Source of the DNA: an uncultured virus (IMG/VR IMGVR_UViG_3300042559_001081)
Taxonomy: Duplodnaviria; Heunggongvirae; Uroviricota; Caudoviricetes
DNA: 20,000 bases
IMG/VR virus record: IMGVR_UViG_3300042559_001081
Location: 118,700 to 138,699 of that record
Direction: 5' to 3' (one strand)
Below the pieces are notes generated by a model. It searched no databases and was not told the origin of the DNA. It was given only the letters and a program-made list of their open reading frames with translations. Of this stretch, positions 1 to 8,159 are shown piece by piece. Within the stretch, counting starts at the first letter, position 1, and each line of letters starts with the position of its first letter. The position numbers were made by a program, and so were the translations under genes.

Positions 1-839
1 TAAGAATTACCAAGTTCGTTTACATCTGTATTAAATGACGCACCTGTAGGTGTCGATATTATTCTTGTAGAATTACCGTTATTAGGAAAACTTATAATAT
101 ATCGATCTCCAGTTTTTTGATTTTTTTGTGCGGCAGCAGCTAGACCTGGGTCAACAGTGCCTTCGCCGTATCCTACTGGAATTATTTCTCTTCTGTTAAG
201 TTCGTTTGCCAAACTATTCTCAGCAGAACTTAACATTTCACCAACTGTTGTTCCTTTAATAGATGTAGTCTTCTTTAATCTTGATATTTCATCCGTATAC
301 GCAAGATGATTGTAAGAAATAGCACTTACGTTATAAATTGTGCCGCCGGCGTCAACTTTAAAAGTAACATTTGTTAACTTTATAACAAAGCAGCGTCTTG
401 AAACAAATTTTTCAATATTATTTTCTGAATCCCATCCTATAAAATCTAAAGATAACAAAAATGGTGCTTCGATATAATTTTTATAACCAGCTGCATCTGC
501 TGCAACAAACAAAGACTGAAAAAACAATCCAACGCTGTATGGCTCAGTAACTGTAAATTCCATTGTCGTAACTGTAGTAACCCCAGTACCTGGGTTAGGA
601 GAAACCAATGACGAAATCATAACATCGTCAATAAAATACTCTACATTTATTCCTAAGCTAGATTCTATTGCTGTCTTGGTTGGTTTATCTGGAAGACCCC
701 CTGACCTTATTATAGGCAAATTTCCTCCAGTAGATCTATACAAATCAGGATTGTTAAGTTCGTCTGGTCTAAGCGGTCCAAAAGTCCACCGATAGTTGTA
801 AGATCTAAACTTACTTAACTCGTTTTTTTGTACAGCCAT
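1..839 (-). CDS. Baseplate hub / tail protein (gp27-like position), partial, runs off the left edge
   Basis: Not in the ORF track. ATG at 839-837 lies 1 nt after the stop of the gp53-like gene. Reads MAVQKNELSKFRSYNYRWTFG...EYFIDDVMI...MEFTVTEPYSVGLFFQSL...NYIEAPFLLSLDFIGWD and appears open to position 1. Product inferred from position in the baseplate cluster. Confidence 0.6.
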   Translation of the reverse strand, partial: MAVQKNELSKFRSYNYRWTFGPLRPDELNNPDLYRSTGGNLPIIRSGGLPDKPTKTAIESSLGINVEYFIDDVMISSLVSPNPGTGVTTVTTMEFTVTEPYSVGLFFQSLFVAADAAGYKNYIEAPFLLSLDFIGWDSENNIEKFVSRRCFVIKLTNVTFKVDAGGTIYNVSAISYNHLAYTDEISRLKKTTSIKGTTVGEMLSSAENSLANELNRREIIPVGYGEGTVDPGLAAAAQKNQKTGDRYIISFPNNGNSTRIISTPTGASFNTDVNELGNS

Positions 840-840
840 A

Positions 841-1143
841 TTAAATCCCTATAACAGTAGTAAGTGTTGATTTTTTAGGCAAGTATATTTGAGTTCCTGC
901 AACAAAGTCAAATATAGGATCTTTAATTACTTCGATGTTTCTTACTGAAAATACCCACCAAAGTTTAGAACTTCCGTATAAGTCAAATGCTAACAAGTCA
1001 GGTCTATATGTGTATTGTGGTTGTATAGAATACACAATGTCATCTGCTTGTGGCGGTATTGATCTTTTAACATAAAAATCTAAATAGTTACCAATATTTA
1101 CTTTTGTATTTGCCCAAGGACTTGATTTTGAATACACCGACAT
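841..1143 (-). CDS. gp53: Baseplate wedge subunit, T4 gp53-like (LysM-like)
   Basis: Motif YRPDLLAFDLYGSSKLWWVF...N...DP is typical of gp53/LysM-like baseplate proteins. Coupled to the upstream gene by a TAATG overlap at 1143. Confidence 0.75.
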   Translation of the reverse strand: MSVYSKSSPWANTKVNIGNYLDFYVKRSIPPQADDIVYSIQPQYTYRPDLLAFDLYGSSKLWWVFSVRNIEVIKDPIFDFVAGTQIYLPKKSTLTTVIGI

Positions 1144-2075
1144 TAAATAAATCCTTTATTTGTTGTACTTTGTTGACCTATATAACCACCTTGTGCAAAT
1201 TCATCAAGGTTAAATTTGCTAACATCGTCTCTGCTGTATATTGGTTGGAGTGTTACGTTTAGATTACTTAAAACCGGAACATAAGAATAGGACGACGAGT
1301 TGTTGTCTGTTGAAAAACCGCCATTTATAGGAACTTTAATATAGTCAACGTCGTTTCTTAAATCTAATGTAAATAATTTTACGACACACGGTACTTTGTT
1401 AAAAATAAAATCTCCGTATCCACTCAAATAAACAATAGGTGGCGGTGCTCCTAGGTTTGTTGAGCTTCCATAAAACATTTTTGTTATAGATCTTAAAAAA
1501 TGAACCGATGCAATCCAGTAGCGTCCATCCGATTCGTTCTCAACTGGAAACTCGCCAGTTATAGTGATATCTTCAACTGCCGAGTTTTGGTATTGTAAGA
1601 ATGGATAATTTGTATGTGTCGGCGATAATGTATTATAATTTGCCGAGTGTGCAACAGTAATTTGAGGAGTAGTTGGCCATACCATTGCATTACCCGAAAA
1701 TTTCAATGGTGCAAACATAGAAGAATTTAAAAATTCAGGAGTATTAGGTAAACTTAATCTAACACGCCAATCAGCACCTGATGTTTGTGATGCTGCACTG
1801 TATGATCCATACGCTCTAGTTTGTTCTGTATATTCTGCACCGGCGGGCAAATTTCCAAGTCTGATTTGAGATATATATGTTACAGGATTAGAAATATTTT
1901 GTATATTAGATGTAAAATTTCCTTGTCTTACGTTACTAAATGTATTTTGAAAATTATTTTGTAAATTTTGAAAACTATCAACTACTCCGCCAACGGTGTT
2001 AGCAAAAGAACTTATTCTATTTGCTGTAGAACTAATACTTTGTGTAATTTGTGTTAACTTTGTTAAAAATCCCAT
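1143..2075 (-). CDS. Baseplate/tail-tube junction (tube initiator) protein, gp48/gp54-like
   Basis: C-terminal part WPTTPQI...ANY...THTNYP...ITITGEF...HFLRSITKMFYG...GAPPPIVYLSGYG...VPCVV resembles tube-initiator folds. Start moved from 2090 to ATG 2075 because GGAGA (2088-2084) lies 8 nt upstream of it. Confidence 0.65.
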   Translation of the reverse strand: MGFLTKLTQITQSISSTANRISSFANTVGGVVDSFQNLQNNFQNTFSNVRQGNFTSNIQNISNPVTYISQIRLGNLPAGAEYTEQTRAYGSYSAASQTSGADWRVRLSLPNTPEFLNSSMFAPLKFSGNAMVWPTTPQITVAHSANYNTLSPTHTNYPFLQYQNSAVEDITITGEFPVENESDGRYWIASVHFLRSITKMFYGSSTNLGAPPPIVYLSGYGDFIFNKVPCVVKLFTLDLRNDVDYIKVPINGGFSTDNNSSSYSYVPVLSNLNVTLQPIYSRDDVSKFNLDEFAQGGYIGQQSTTNKGFI

Positions 2076-2093
2076 GACACCATTCTCCATATA

Positions 2094-2101
2094 TATTTAG
2101 T
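2094..2101 (-). promoter_or_regulatory. T4-type late promoter variant (ACTAAATA) for the baseplate operon
   Basis: NNTAAATA box just upstream of the RBS of the structural gene; the T4 late consensus is TATAAATA. Confidence 0.6.
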
Positions 2102-2129
2102 TGACAAAATTATATACGTATATTAAAAT
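2101..2129 (+). promoter_or_regulatory. Sigma70-type promoter for gp55
   Basis: TTGACA (2101-2106), 17 nt, TAAAAT (2124-2129), followed by AGGAG RBS and ATG 2153. Confidence 0.75.
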
Positions 2130-2152
2130 AAAGTAATTTCCTAGGAGAAAAA

Positions 2153-2977
2153 ATGAAAAAAGTAAACTATCTTAATAACAAAGACATGTTATTAGAAATA
2201 CACAAGTCAAAGAACACGTTTTCAAGCTTTGTTGACCCCGATTATGTTGATTATGATCTAATTTTGCCTGATCTAGACAAGATTAATATAAGAACTATTG
2301 CAGAAGCAAAGAAAAATAGAGCAAAAAAACTTACTTTAAAAAAGTACGAAGAAGAAAAACTTCTAAATAATAAAACAAAGTTATCTGAAATAGAGATAGA
2401 CTATAAAAAAATAGAAAAAACTGACTTAATTTTTAGAATTATGACATACGATCACATACCAGAAGAAGCAGGTCGTAAAAAAAATCCAAAAAATGTTGCA
2501 GACACTAAAGTAAAATTAAATTTTCCACCATTTCAACATTGGAAATTTGATGAAAATGACAATCTTATATGTGTTGGAAAAAGTCATTGGCAAGGTGGCA
2601 TGGAAAACGGGCATTTTTCTAAAGATCACGGAAAAGCAACAAACAAGCTTGCACTTATGTGGATGAAATTATGTGATCGTTATGCTACTCGTGGTAATGT
2701 TCGTGGTTATACCTACAACGACGAAATGAAGGGACAAGCAATACTACAGCTAGCACAAATAGGGTTGCAGTTTGATGAGTCAAAAAGTCAAAATCCATTT
2801 GCCTATTACACAGCCGCAGTTACTAACAGTTTTGTAAGAGTTATTAATTTAGAAAAACGTAATCAAAATATTAGAGATGACATTCTCGAAATGAACAACT
2901 TGAATCCTAGCTTTACTCGTCAAAGTGCTGGTGAATTCGAAGCTGGCTTAAAAAGATTCAATGATAGCCATGATTAA
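2153..2977 (+). CDS. gp55: Late-transcription sigma factor, T4 gp55-like
   Basis: N-terminal NYLNNKDMLLEI and C-terminal NVRGYTYNDEM...QFDESKSQNPFAYYT...NSFVRVINLEKRNQ are gp55 motifs. Located immediately before gp47-gp46. Confidence 0.88.
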   Translation: MKKVNYLNNKDMLLEIHKSKNTFSSFVDPDYVDYDLILPDLDKINIRTIAEAKKNRAKKLTLKKYEEEKLLNNKTKLSEIEIDYKKIEKTDLIFRIMTYDHIPEEAGRKKNPKNVADTKVKLNFPPFQHWKFDENDNLICVGKSHWQGGMENGHFSKDHGKATNKLALMWMKLCDRYATRGNVRGYTYNDEMKGQAILQLAQIGLQFDESKSQNPFAYYTAAVTNSFVRVINLEKRNQNIRDDILEMNNLNPSFTRQSAGEFEAGLKRFNDSHD

Positions 2978-2984
2978 TTTATAG

Positions 2985-3013
2985 TTGACATTTGTTATCT
3001 TATCATTTATATT
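2985..3013 (+). promoter_or_regulatory. Sigma70-type promoter for the gp47-gp46 operon
   Basis: TTGACA (2985-2990), 17 nt, TATATT (3008-3013); GGAG RBS before GTG 3038. Confidence 0.7.
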
Positions 3014-3037
3014 ATATAGAGTTACGGAGTTATCTTA

Positions 3038-4048
3038 GTGTTTAAGAAAGCAGCAGTGTTTACGGACCTTCATTGTGGTATGAAGGGTAATTCAAAAATT
3101 CATAATCAGGATTGTGAAGATTTTGTTGATTGGTATATCGAAACTGCCCAAAAAAATGGATGCGATACTGGAATCTTTTGCGGTGATTGGCATCACAACA
3201 GAAATAGTTTAAATTTAACAACTATGGATACCAGTATTAGATGTTTAGAAAAACTTGGAAAAGCTTTTGACCAGTTTTTTATGTTTGACGGCAATCACGA
3301 TCTTTATTATAAAGACAAAAGAGATGTAAATTCTACAGCATTTGCAAAACATATACCTGGAATTACAACTATTAACGATATTTACGTTAAAGACGACGTT
3401 GCTCTTATACCTTGGTTAGTTGGCGAAGAATGGAAACGCATTCCTAAGATAAAATCCAAGTATATGTTTGGACATTTTGAATTACCAAGCTTTTATATGA
3501 ACGCAATGGTGCAAATGCCCGATCACGGAGAACTTAAAAGTGAGCATTTTGTAAATCAAGACTATGTTTTTAGTGGACACTTCCACAAAAGACAGAAGCA
3601 AGGCAAAATTCACTACATAGGCAATGCATTTCCGCACAACTACGCCGATACATGGGACGATGATAGAGGAATGATGATCCTCGATCGAGAAAACAATAAA
3701 GAACCAGAGTACATTAATTGGGCAGATGCTCCTAAATATCGAAATGTTATGCTTTCTCAGTTGATAGACAACAAAGATACTTTAATAAAATCAAAAATGT
3801 ATCTTCGAGTAACATTAGATATTCCTATTTCCTACGAAGAAGCAAATTTTATTAAAGAAACGTTCATGGAACAGTACGAATGTAGAGAGATTACTCTAAT
3901 TCCACAAAAGCAGATTGAAGAAATTAGCACTGACCTTGATATAGGACAGTTTGAGAGTGTTGATCAGATTGTTAGCAATGAAATTTTAGCTATCGACAGT
4001 GAAAATTTTGATAAATCTCTTCTATTAAAAATTTATAGTGAATTATGA
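3038..4048 (+). CDS. gp47: Recombination nuclease subunit, Mre11/SbcD-like (T4 gp47)
   Basis: Metallophosphoesterase motifs DLH, GDWHH, GNHD, GHFE and GHFH. GTG start with GGAG RBS. Confidence 0.93.
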   Translation: MFKKAAVFTDLHCGMKGNSKIHNQDCEDFVDWYIETAQKNGCDTGIFCGDWHHNRNSLNLTTMDTSIRCLEKLGKAFDQFFMFDGNHDLYYKDKRDVNSTAFAKHIPGITTINDIYVKDDVALIPWLVGEEWKRIPKIKSKYMFGHFELPSFYMNAMVQMPDHGELKSEHFVNQDYVFSGHFHKRQKQGKIHYIGNAFPHNYADTWDDDRGMMILDRENNKEPEYINWADAPKYRNVMLSQLIDNKDTLIKSKMYLRVTLDIPISYEEANFIKETFMEQYECREITLIPQKQIEEISTDLDIGQFESVDQIVSNEILAIDSENFDKSLLLKIYSEL

Positions 4049-5832
4049 CAATAAAAATTAAAGACTTATCTGTTAAAAACTTTATGAGTGTGGGTAATGT
4101 TACTCAGGCTGTCGACTTTAATCGAGAGCAACTCACTCTAGTGCTTGGCGAAAACTTAGATCAAGGAGGTGACGATTCTGGTTCCCGTAACGGTACAGGC
4201 AAAACCACTATTATTAACGGTTTATCATATGCCCTGTACGGCCAAGCACTTACTAATATTAAAAGAAACAACCTAATTAACAAAACTAACAGCAAAGGTA
4301 TGTTAGTTACGTTAAATTTTGAGAAAAATGGGGTTGAATATAGAGTTGAACGTGGAAGATCACCTAATATTCTAAAATTCTTTGTTAACGGTGTTGAAAA
4401 GTCTAGTGAGATCACTGACGAAAGTCAAGGTGATAGTAGAGAAACTCAAAAAGATATCAACGAGTTACTAGGACTTAGTCACAATATGTTTAAACACATT
4501 GTTGCTCTCAATACATACACCGAACCATTTCTTAGTTTAAAGACCAATGAACAAAGAGAAATTATCGAGCAACTGTTAGGCATTACACTACTTTCGGAAA
4601 AAGCAGAATCTCTTAAAGAACAAATAAAAGTAACAAAAGATATTATTACAGAAGAAACTTTAAAGATTAATGCCATTCAAGCAAGCAATGAGAAGATAAA
4701 AGCCAGCATAGATCAGCTTGTTAGTCGTCAACGTGCATGGGAAAGTAAGAAAAAGCAAGATGCTGAGCATTTGCAAAAAGCTATTACCGAACTTGAGCAC
4801 TTAGACATTGATTTAGAACTAGAACTTCATGAAAAATTAGTTAATTGGACACAATTAAACAACGAGATCTCTGGTTTAAACAAAGAAAAGTCAACTTTAG
4901 AAACTGCAATGCTACGTGCAAGCAATTCTGTAAAAAAGATCGAAGACGATATTAACAATTTAGATGATGCTGTTTGTTTTACATGCGGTCAAGCGTTACA
5001 CAAAGATAAAAAAGAAAAAATATTAGCTGAAAAAGAAAAAGAACTAGCAGATGCTAACGCATACAAAGACGAAGTTGATTCAAAACTTCAGATTGTTCTT
5101 AAGTCGTTGAGTTCTATCGGTGATATTAACGGAAAACCTGTTACATTTTATGAAACAGCTAAAGAAGCATACGAACATCGTAGCAATGTCGATAATTTAA
5201 AAGTATTATTAAAGAATAAAGAACTAGAAGAAGACACATACCAAGATCAAATAAACGATTTAAAGACAACTGCGTTACAAACAGTCGACTGGTCTACAAT
5301 TAACAAGCTAACTTCACTAAAAGAACATCAAGAGTTTCTTTTAAAGCTGTTAACTAATAAAGATTCTTTTATTAGAAAAAAAATTATAGATCAAAACTTA
5401 AATTATCTAAACAATAGACTGACTTATTACTTAGATAAACTAGGATTGCCTCATCAAGTAGAGTTTTTAAACGATCTAACTGTTCAAATTACACAGTTAG
5501 GTCAAGATTTAGACTTTGACAACTTGTCAAGAGGCGAAAGAAACAGACTTATACTTGGATTAAGTTTTGCATTCCGCGATGTTTGGGAATCTTTGTATCA
5601 ATCAATCAACTTATTGTTTATAGACGAGTTAATTGATAGTGGAATGGACACCGCAGGTGTAGAAAATTCCTTAGGTGTACTTAAAAAGATGGGTCGTGAA
5701 AGAGATAAAAATATATTTTTAATATCTCACAAGGATGAATTGATAGGAAGAGTTAATAATGTTCTTAAAGTTATTAAAGAAAATGGGTTCACATCCTATC
5801 AACCTGACTTAGAAGTTACAAGTATAATTTAA
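4045..5832 (+). CDS. gp46: Recombination ATPase subunit, Rad50/SbcC-like (T4 gp46)
   Basis: KNFMSVG N-terminus, Walker A NGTGKTT, coiled coil with CFTC zinc hook, signature LSRGE, Walker B LLFIDE, ISH H-loop. ATGA overlap with gp47. Confidence 0.95.
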   Translation: MTIKIKDLSVKNFMSVGNVTQAVDFNREQLTLVLGENLDQGGDDSGSRNGTGKTTIINGLSYALYGQALTNIKRNNLINKTNSKGMLVTLNFEKNGVEYRVERGRSPNILKFFVNGVEKSSEITDESQGDSRETQKDINELLGLSHNMFKHIVALNTYTEPFLSLKTNEQREIIEQLLGITLLSEKAESLKEQIKVTKDIITEETLKINAIQASNEKIKASIDQLVSRQRAWESKKKQDAEHLQKAITELEHLDIDLELELHEKLVNWTQLNNEISGLNKEKSTLETAMLRASNSVKKIEDDINNLDDAVCFTCGQALHKDKKEKILAEKEKELADANAYKDEVDSKLQIVLKSLSSIGDINGKPVTFYETAKEAYEHRSNVDNLKVLLKNKELEEDTYQDQINDLKTTALQTVDWSTINKLTSLKEHQEFLLKLLTNKDSFIRKKIIDQNLNYLNNRLTYYLDKLGLPHQVEFLNDLTVQITQLGQDLDFDNLSRGERNRLILGLSFAFRDVWESLYQSINLLFIDELIDSGMDTAGVENSLGVLKKMGRERDKNIFLISHKDELIGRVNNVLKVIKENGFTSYQPDLEVTSII

Positions 5833-5834
5833 AA

Positions 5835-6101
5835 ATGACTAGAAAAACTTATCCTTTAAAAGTACACATTGATGATACACACGACAAACTAGCAAAGGCG
5901 TATCTCGAATATTTCAAAGCAAACGAAATATTCGAGCAACGTCCATCTGAACCAAAACGCCGTATAGTTCGAAAATGGCTTCAAGAGATAAGACATTATG
6001 CTAAATTACGTAGAGTAGAGGTAATTGAGTCTCATCTTAACAAGCAAGAAAGATACAAACGCGGTGGCAAGCAAAAGCAAGACAAAGGGGAAGGGGTTTG
6101 A
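5835..6101 (+). CDS. Small basic hypothetical protein
   Basis: 88-aa ORF starting 2 nt after the gp46 stop; helical and basic; no recognisable family. Confidence 0.6.
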   Translation: MTRKTYPLKVHIDDTHDKLAKAYLEYFKANEIFEQRPSEPKRRIVRKWLQEIRHYAKLRRVEVIESHLNKQERYKRGGKQKQDKGEGV

Positions 6102-6579
6102 AAGAGAAATTGCAAACTTCTTATCAGAACTCTACGAAGATTCTTTTACTAGAGTACCTGATTCGGGTGCATTTACCGGAGGCAAAAACGCTCATAGACG
6201 AGATAAGCTCACTGAAGGTCAAATTAGATCCCATAAAGGCGACATCATTCCACCCGACGACTGGAAAAAATTTAACGCAGAGTGTAAAAACTATGCGGAA
6301 TTCCCGTTTCACCAATTAATTTCTTTAGGCCACATACCTTTACTCGAAGGTTGGATTTCACAAACACTAGAAGCAGCAGACCAAGGCGACATTAATATTA
6401 TCTTTATGAAGTTTAATCGTAAAGGCAGATATGTTTTATTTCAAAAAGAAAACGACTTTCAAACTTACAGGCACGTCGACTATCAAGATAAATCAGGCAA
6501 CTACTGGCGATTTACAAGCTTTGACGATTTCTTTTCCTTAAACAAAGATTTATTTCAAAAAAACTGCACAGGCATTTAA
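6064..6579 (+). CDS. Holliday junction resolvase, PD-(D/E)xK fold
   Basis: SKSKTKGKGFEREIA...RVPDSGA...GDII...NAECKNY matches Hjc-like resolvases. GTG 6064 (MASKSK...) is a more plausible start than 6025, although its RBS is weak. Confidence 0.82.
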   Translation: MASKSKTKGKGFEREIANFLSELYEDSFTRVPDSGAFTGGKNAHRRDKLTEGQIRSHKGDIIPPDDWKKFNAECKNYAEFPFHQLISLGHIPLLEGWISQTLEAADQGDINIIFMKFNRKGRYVLFQKENDFQTYRHVDYQDKSGNYWRFTSFDDFFSLNKDLFQKNCTGI

Positions 6580-6599
6580 GGCTAACATCAAACAGCACA

Positions 6600-7000
6600 T
6601 AAGGTTGGCGGGCCAGTTTATAATACCGCTGTGGAAAAGTCGGCTTGATACCCGAACACGTGACATGTTGAGACATTGCCGGTAGTAGGCTCTAAGTATT
6701 GACATTGAATGATTGCTGTCATTCAAAAACACCGCATACTCCTAAACACTTAAGGATTGAGGAACGAGCTTAAGACAGGCAGTGCAGCGTAAACAGTACA
6801 TTGAAAAGTGTATTGTTTATGACGCATTGCCTGGGTCGACGCAGGTAGGGAAAAGGTTAGAGTCCCTGGAGTTGGTGTATAAACAAAAAACCTGCTTCCC
6901 GTGTCTCGGCTAGTGCAACTCACATGAAGTCAACGACGACGGAACCTTAAAACAGGTTCCGTCTGACCAGATTAATCTACATGAAGTATTTCACTTCGTG
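6600..7000 (+). ncRNA. Candidate large structured non-coding RNA, family not recognised
   Basis: Gene-free and visibly GC-richer than the flanks, with nested stems: 6667-76/6901-10, 6686-92/6766-72, 6705-12/6719-26, 6776-85/6824-33 extended by a 15-bp stem capped by GAAA (6803-06), 6841-46/6890-95 enclosing 6847-51/6863-67, 6938-47/6954-63, and 6980-87/6993-7000. The G-U wobbles pair only on the + strand. Confidence 0.7.
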
Positions 7001-7023
7001 CTTAATATTATTTAGAAAAGAAA

Positions 7024-7065
7024 TGTGTTGAGCGATAGCGAAACACAGATGAACGTAGTTCATCT
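7024..7065 (+). other. Two adjacent hairpins with GNA/GNNA mini-loop signature
   Basis: TGTGTT-GA-GC(GATA)GC-GA-AACACA at 7024-7047 and AGATGAAC(GTA)GTTCATCT at 7047-7065. Confidence 0.6.
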
Positions 7066-7067
7066 TG

Positions 7068-7075
7068 TATAAATA
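7068..7075 (+). promoter_or_regulatory. T4-type late promoter TATAAATA
   Basis: Exact consensus, 28 nt upstream of ATG 7104, with an AAGGA RBS between. Confidence 0.85.
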
Positions 7076-7103
7076 ATATTAACAACTCTAAAGGATTTCT
7101 CTT

Positions 7104-7919
7104 ATGAAAATATCTTCTATTATCGCAGAACAAGAAAAAACAAATGAAGGCCCACTAAGAAATATAATGCCTGCATTTACTAAAACACAAAAACTAAGAA
7201 AGGCAGCTGGTAAAGCTGCCGCTGGTGCTACTAAAGATGAAATTCGACAAATGGAAGTTGAATTATTAACTTATATGGAATACTCGGGTCAAAAAAGAGC
7301 AACACCTGACGTATTAAAAAATTACTTTAAACAAAAAGGTCTTGGGAACGTAGGAACATCCGTAGTAGATGCATTTGTAGCATCTAAGAGACCAGCAGCA
7401 CCTCCTAGTGATGCTGCTGGTGCTGGTGCTGCTGGTCTAGGTGGTAATCCGCCAGCTAATCCACCAGCAAGTAGTGGACCAACACCTCCAACTGGTAATC
7501 CTCCACCTGCTCCTCCAACAGCACTTCCGCGTGGAACAAAAGCTAAATTAGCATCTGGAGAAGAATTCACTTGGCAAGGTGCTCAATGGAAGAGCAATCA
7601 AACTGGTCGTGTGGCTAGTAAAGCACAAAAGCAAGAACTTAATCAAGCTGCTGGTATGCAAACTAACAGCATGTACGAAGCTGCTGATCCAAATGCTTTA
7701 ACCAAGGGCGAAGTTAGAAAAATTATTCAACAGGTTGTACAAAAAGCATACGGTGGTGCAGCAGGATTTAGTCAAAGTAGATTTGCAGAACCTGGACAAG
7801 CCAGTGCTGCTGGACCAAGTGGTGGTTCCGCTGGCGGTGCAGGCTTACCTGATTCAATAACAAATGCTGTTAGTGGATTAACACCTGCTCAAAAAGCTGC
7901 ACTAAAGGCAATGCTCTAA
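7104..7919 (+). CDS. Late hypothetical virion protein with Pro/Ala/Gly-rich linkers (probable internal head protein)
   Basis: Late promoter and RBS. The N-terminus MKISSIIAE resembles protease-cleaved leaders ending in I/L-x-E. Low-complexity PAG tracts flank a small FTWQGAQW module. Confidence 0.65.
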   Translation: MKISSIIAEQEKTNEGPLRNIMPAFTKTQKLRKAAGKAAAGATKDEIRQMEVELLTYMEYSGQKRATPDVLKNYFKQKGLGNVGTSVVDAFVASKRPAAPPSDAAGAGAAGLGGNPPANPPASSGPTPPTGNPPPAPPTALPRGTKAKLASGEEFTWQGAQWKSNQTGRVASKAQKQELNQAAGMQTNSMYEAADPNALTKGEVRKIIQQVVQKAYGGAAGFSQSRFAEPGQASAAGPSGGSAGGAGLPDSITNAVSGLTPAQKAALKAML

Positions 7920-8150
7920 TTACCAGAACGGCTGTCCGGTTTTCTTAGCAGTATCAAGATTCTCTTTAATTAGGTGGGCTATAATTTCTCTTTCGTCAGG
8001 ACTTAGTTCGTAAGCTTCTGAGAGACTTAGCCCACCTCTCATATACCAACATAATCTTGTTAAGTCAAACTTGATTTGCTTAGTTTCGTTTTCAAGGACC
8101 TCAACTTCTTCAAGTATTTTTTCAAGAGGCCAAGTTGAGATCCTTATGCG
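7920..8150 (-). CDS. gp51-like / P2 gpE'-like chaperone extension, probably expressed by -1 frameshift from the gp26-like gene
   Basis: Not in the ORF track. 76 codons, RIRISTWPLEKILEEVEVLENETKQIKFDLTRLCWYMRGGLSLSEAYELSPDEREIIAHLIKENLDTAKKTGQPFW*, in the -1 frame of gp26. The first ATG is only at codon 37 (8042). Its stop (7922-7920) abuts the stop of the convergent gene. Confidence 0.75.
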   Translation of the reverse strand, partial: RIRISTWPLEKILEEVEVLENETKQIKFDLTRLCWYMRGGLSLSEAYELSPDEREIIAHLIKENLDTAKKTGQPFW

Positions 8151-8159
8151 AAAAAATTT
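8094..8159 (-). promoter_or_regulatory. -1 ribosomal frameshift signal (slippery site plus stem-loop)
   Basis: A_AAT_TTT_TTC at 8159-8150, followed by AAGGATCTCAACTT (8145-8132) pairing with AAGTTGAGGTCCTT (8107-8094): 13 Watson-Crick pairs and one G-U. Confidence 0.75.

Noticed and set aside
6631..6645. GTGGAAAAGTCGG resembles the RNase P CR-I motif GAGGAAAGUCC
   Set aside because: No matching CR-V (ACANAANNCGGCUUA) or P4 partner is visible, so it was not called RNase P.
6550..6732. 60-aa minus-strand ORF in the track
   Set aside because: No RBS, atypical composition, and antisense to the structured RNA.
6600..7000. Group I/II intron, tmRNA or tRNA cluster
   Set aside because: No interrupted gene, domain V hairpin, group I R/S elements, T-loop or CCA acceptor end was found by eye.
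8060..8146. Stop-codon readthrough of gp26 instead of a frameshift
   Set aside because: The zero frame stops again after about 27 codons without a recognisable motif; the -1 frame carries the chaperone-like sequence.
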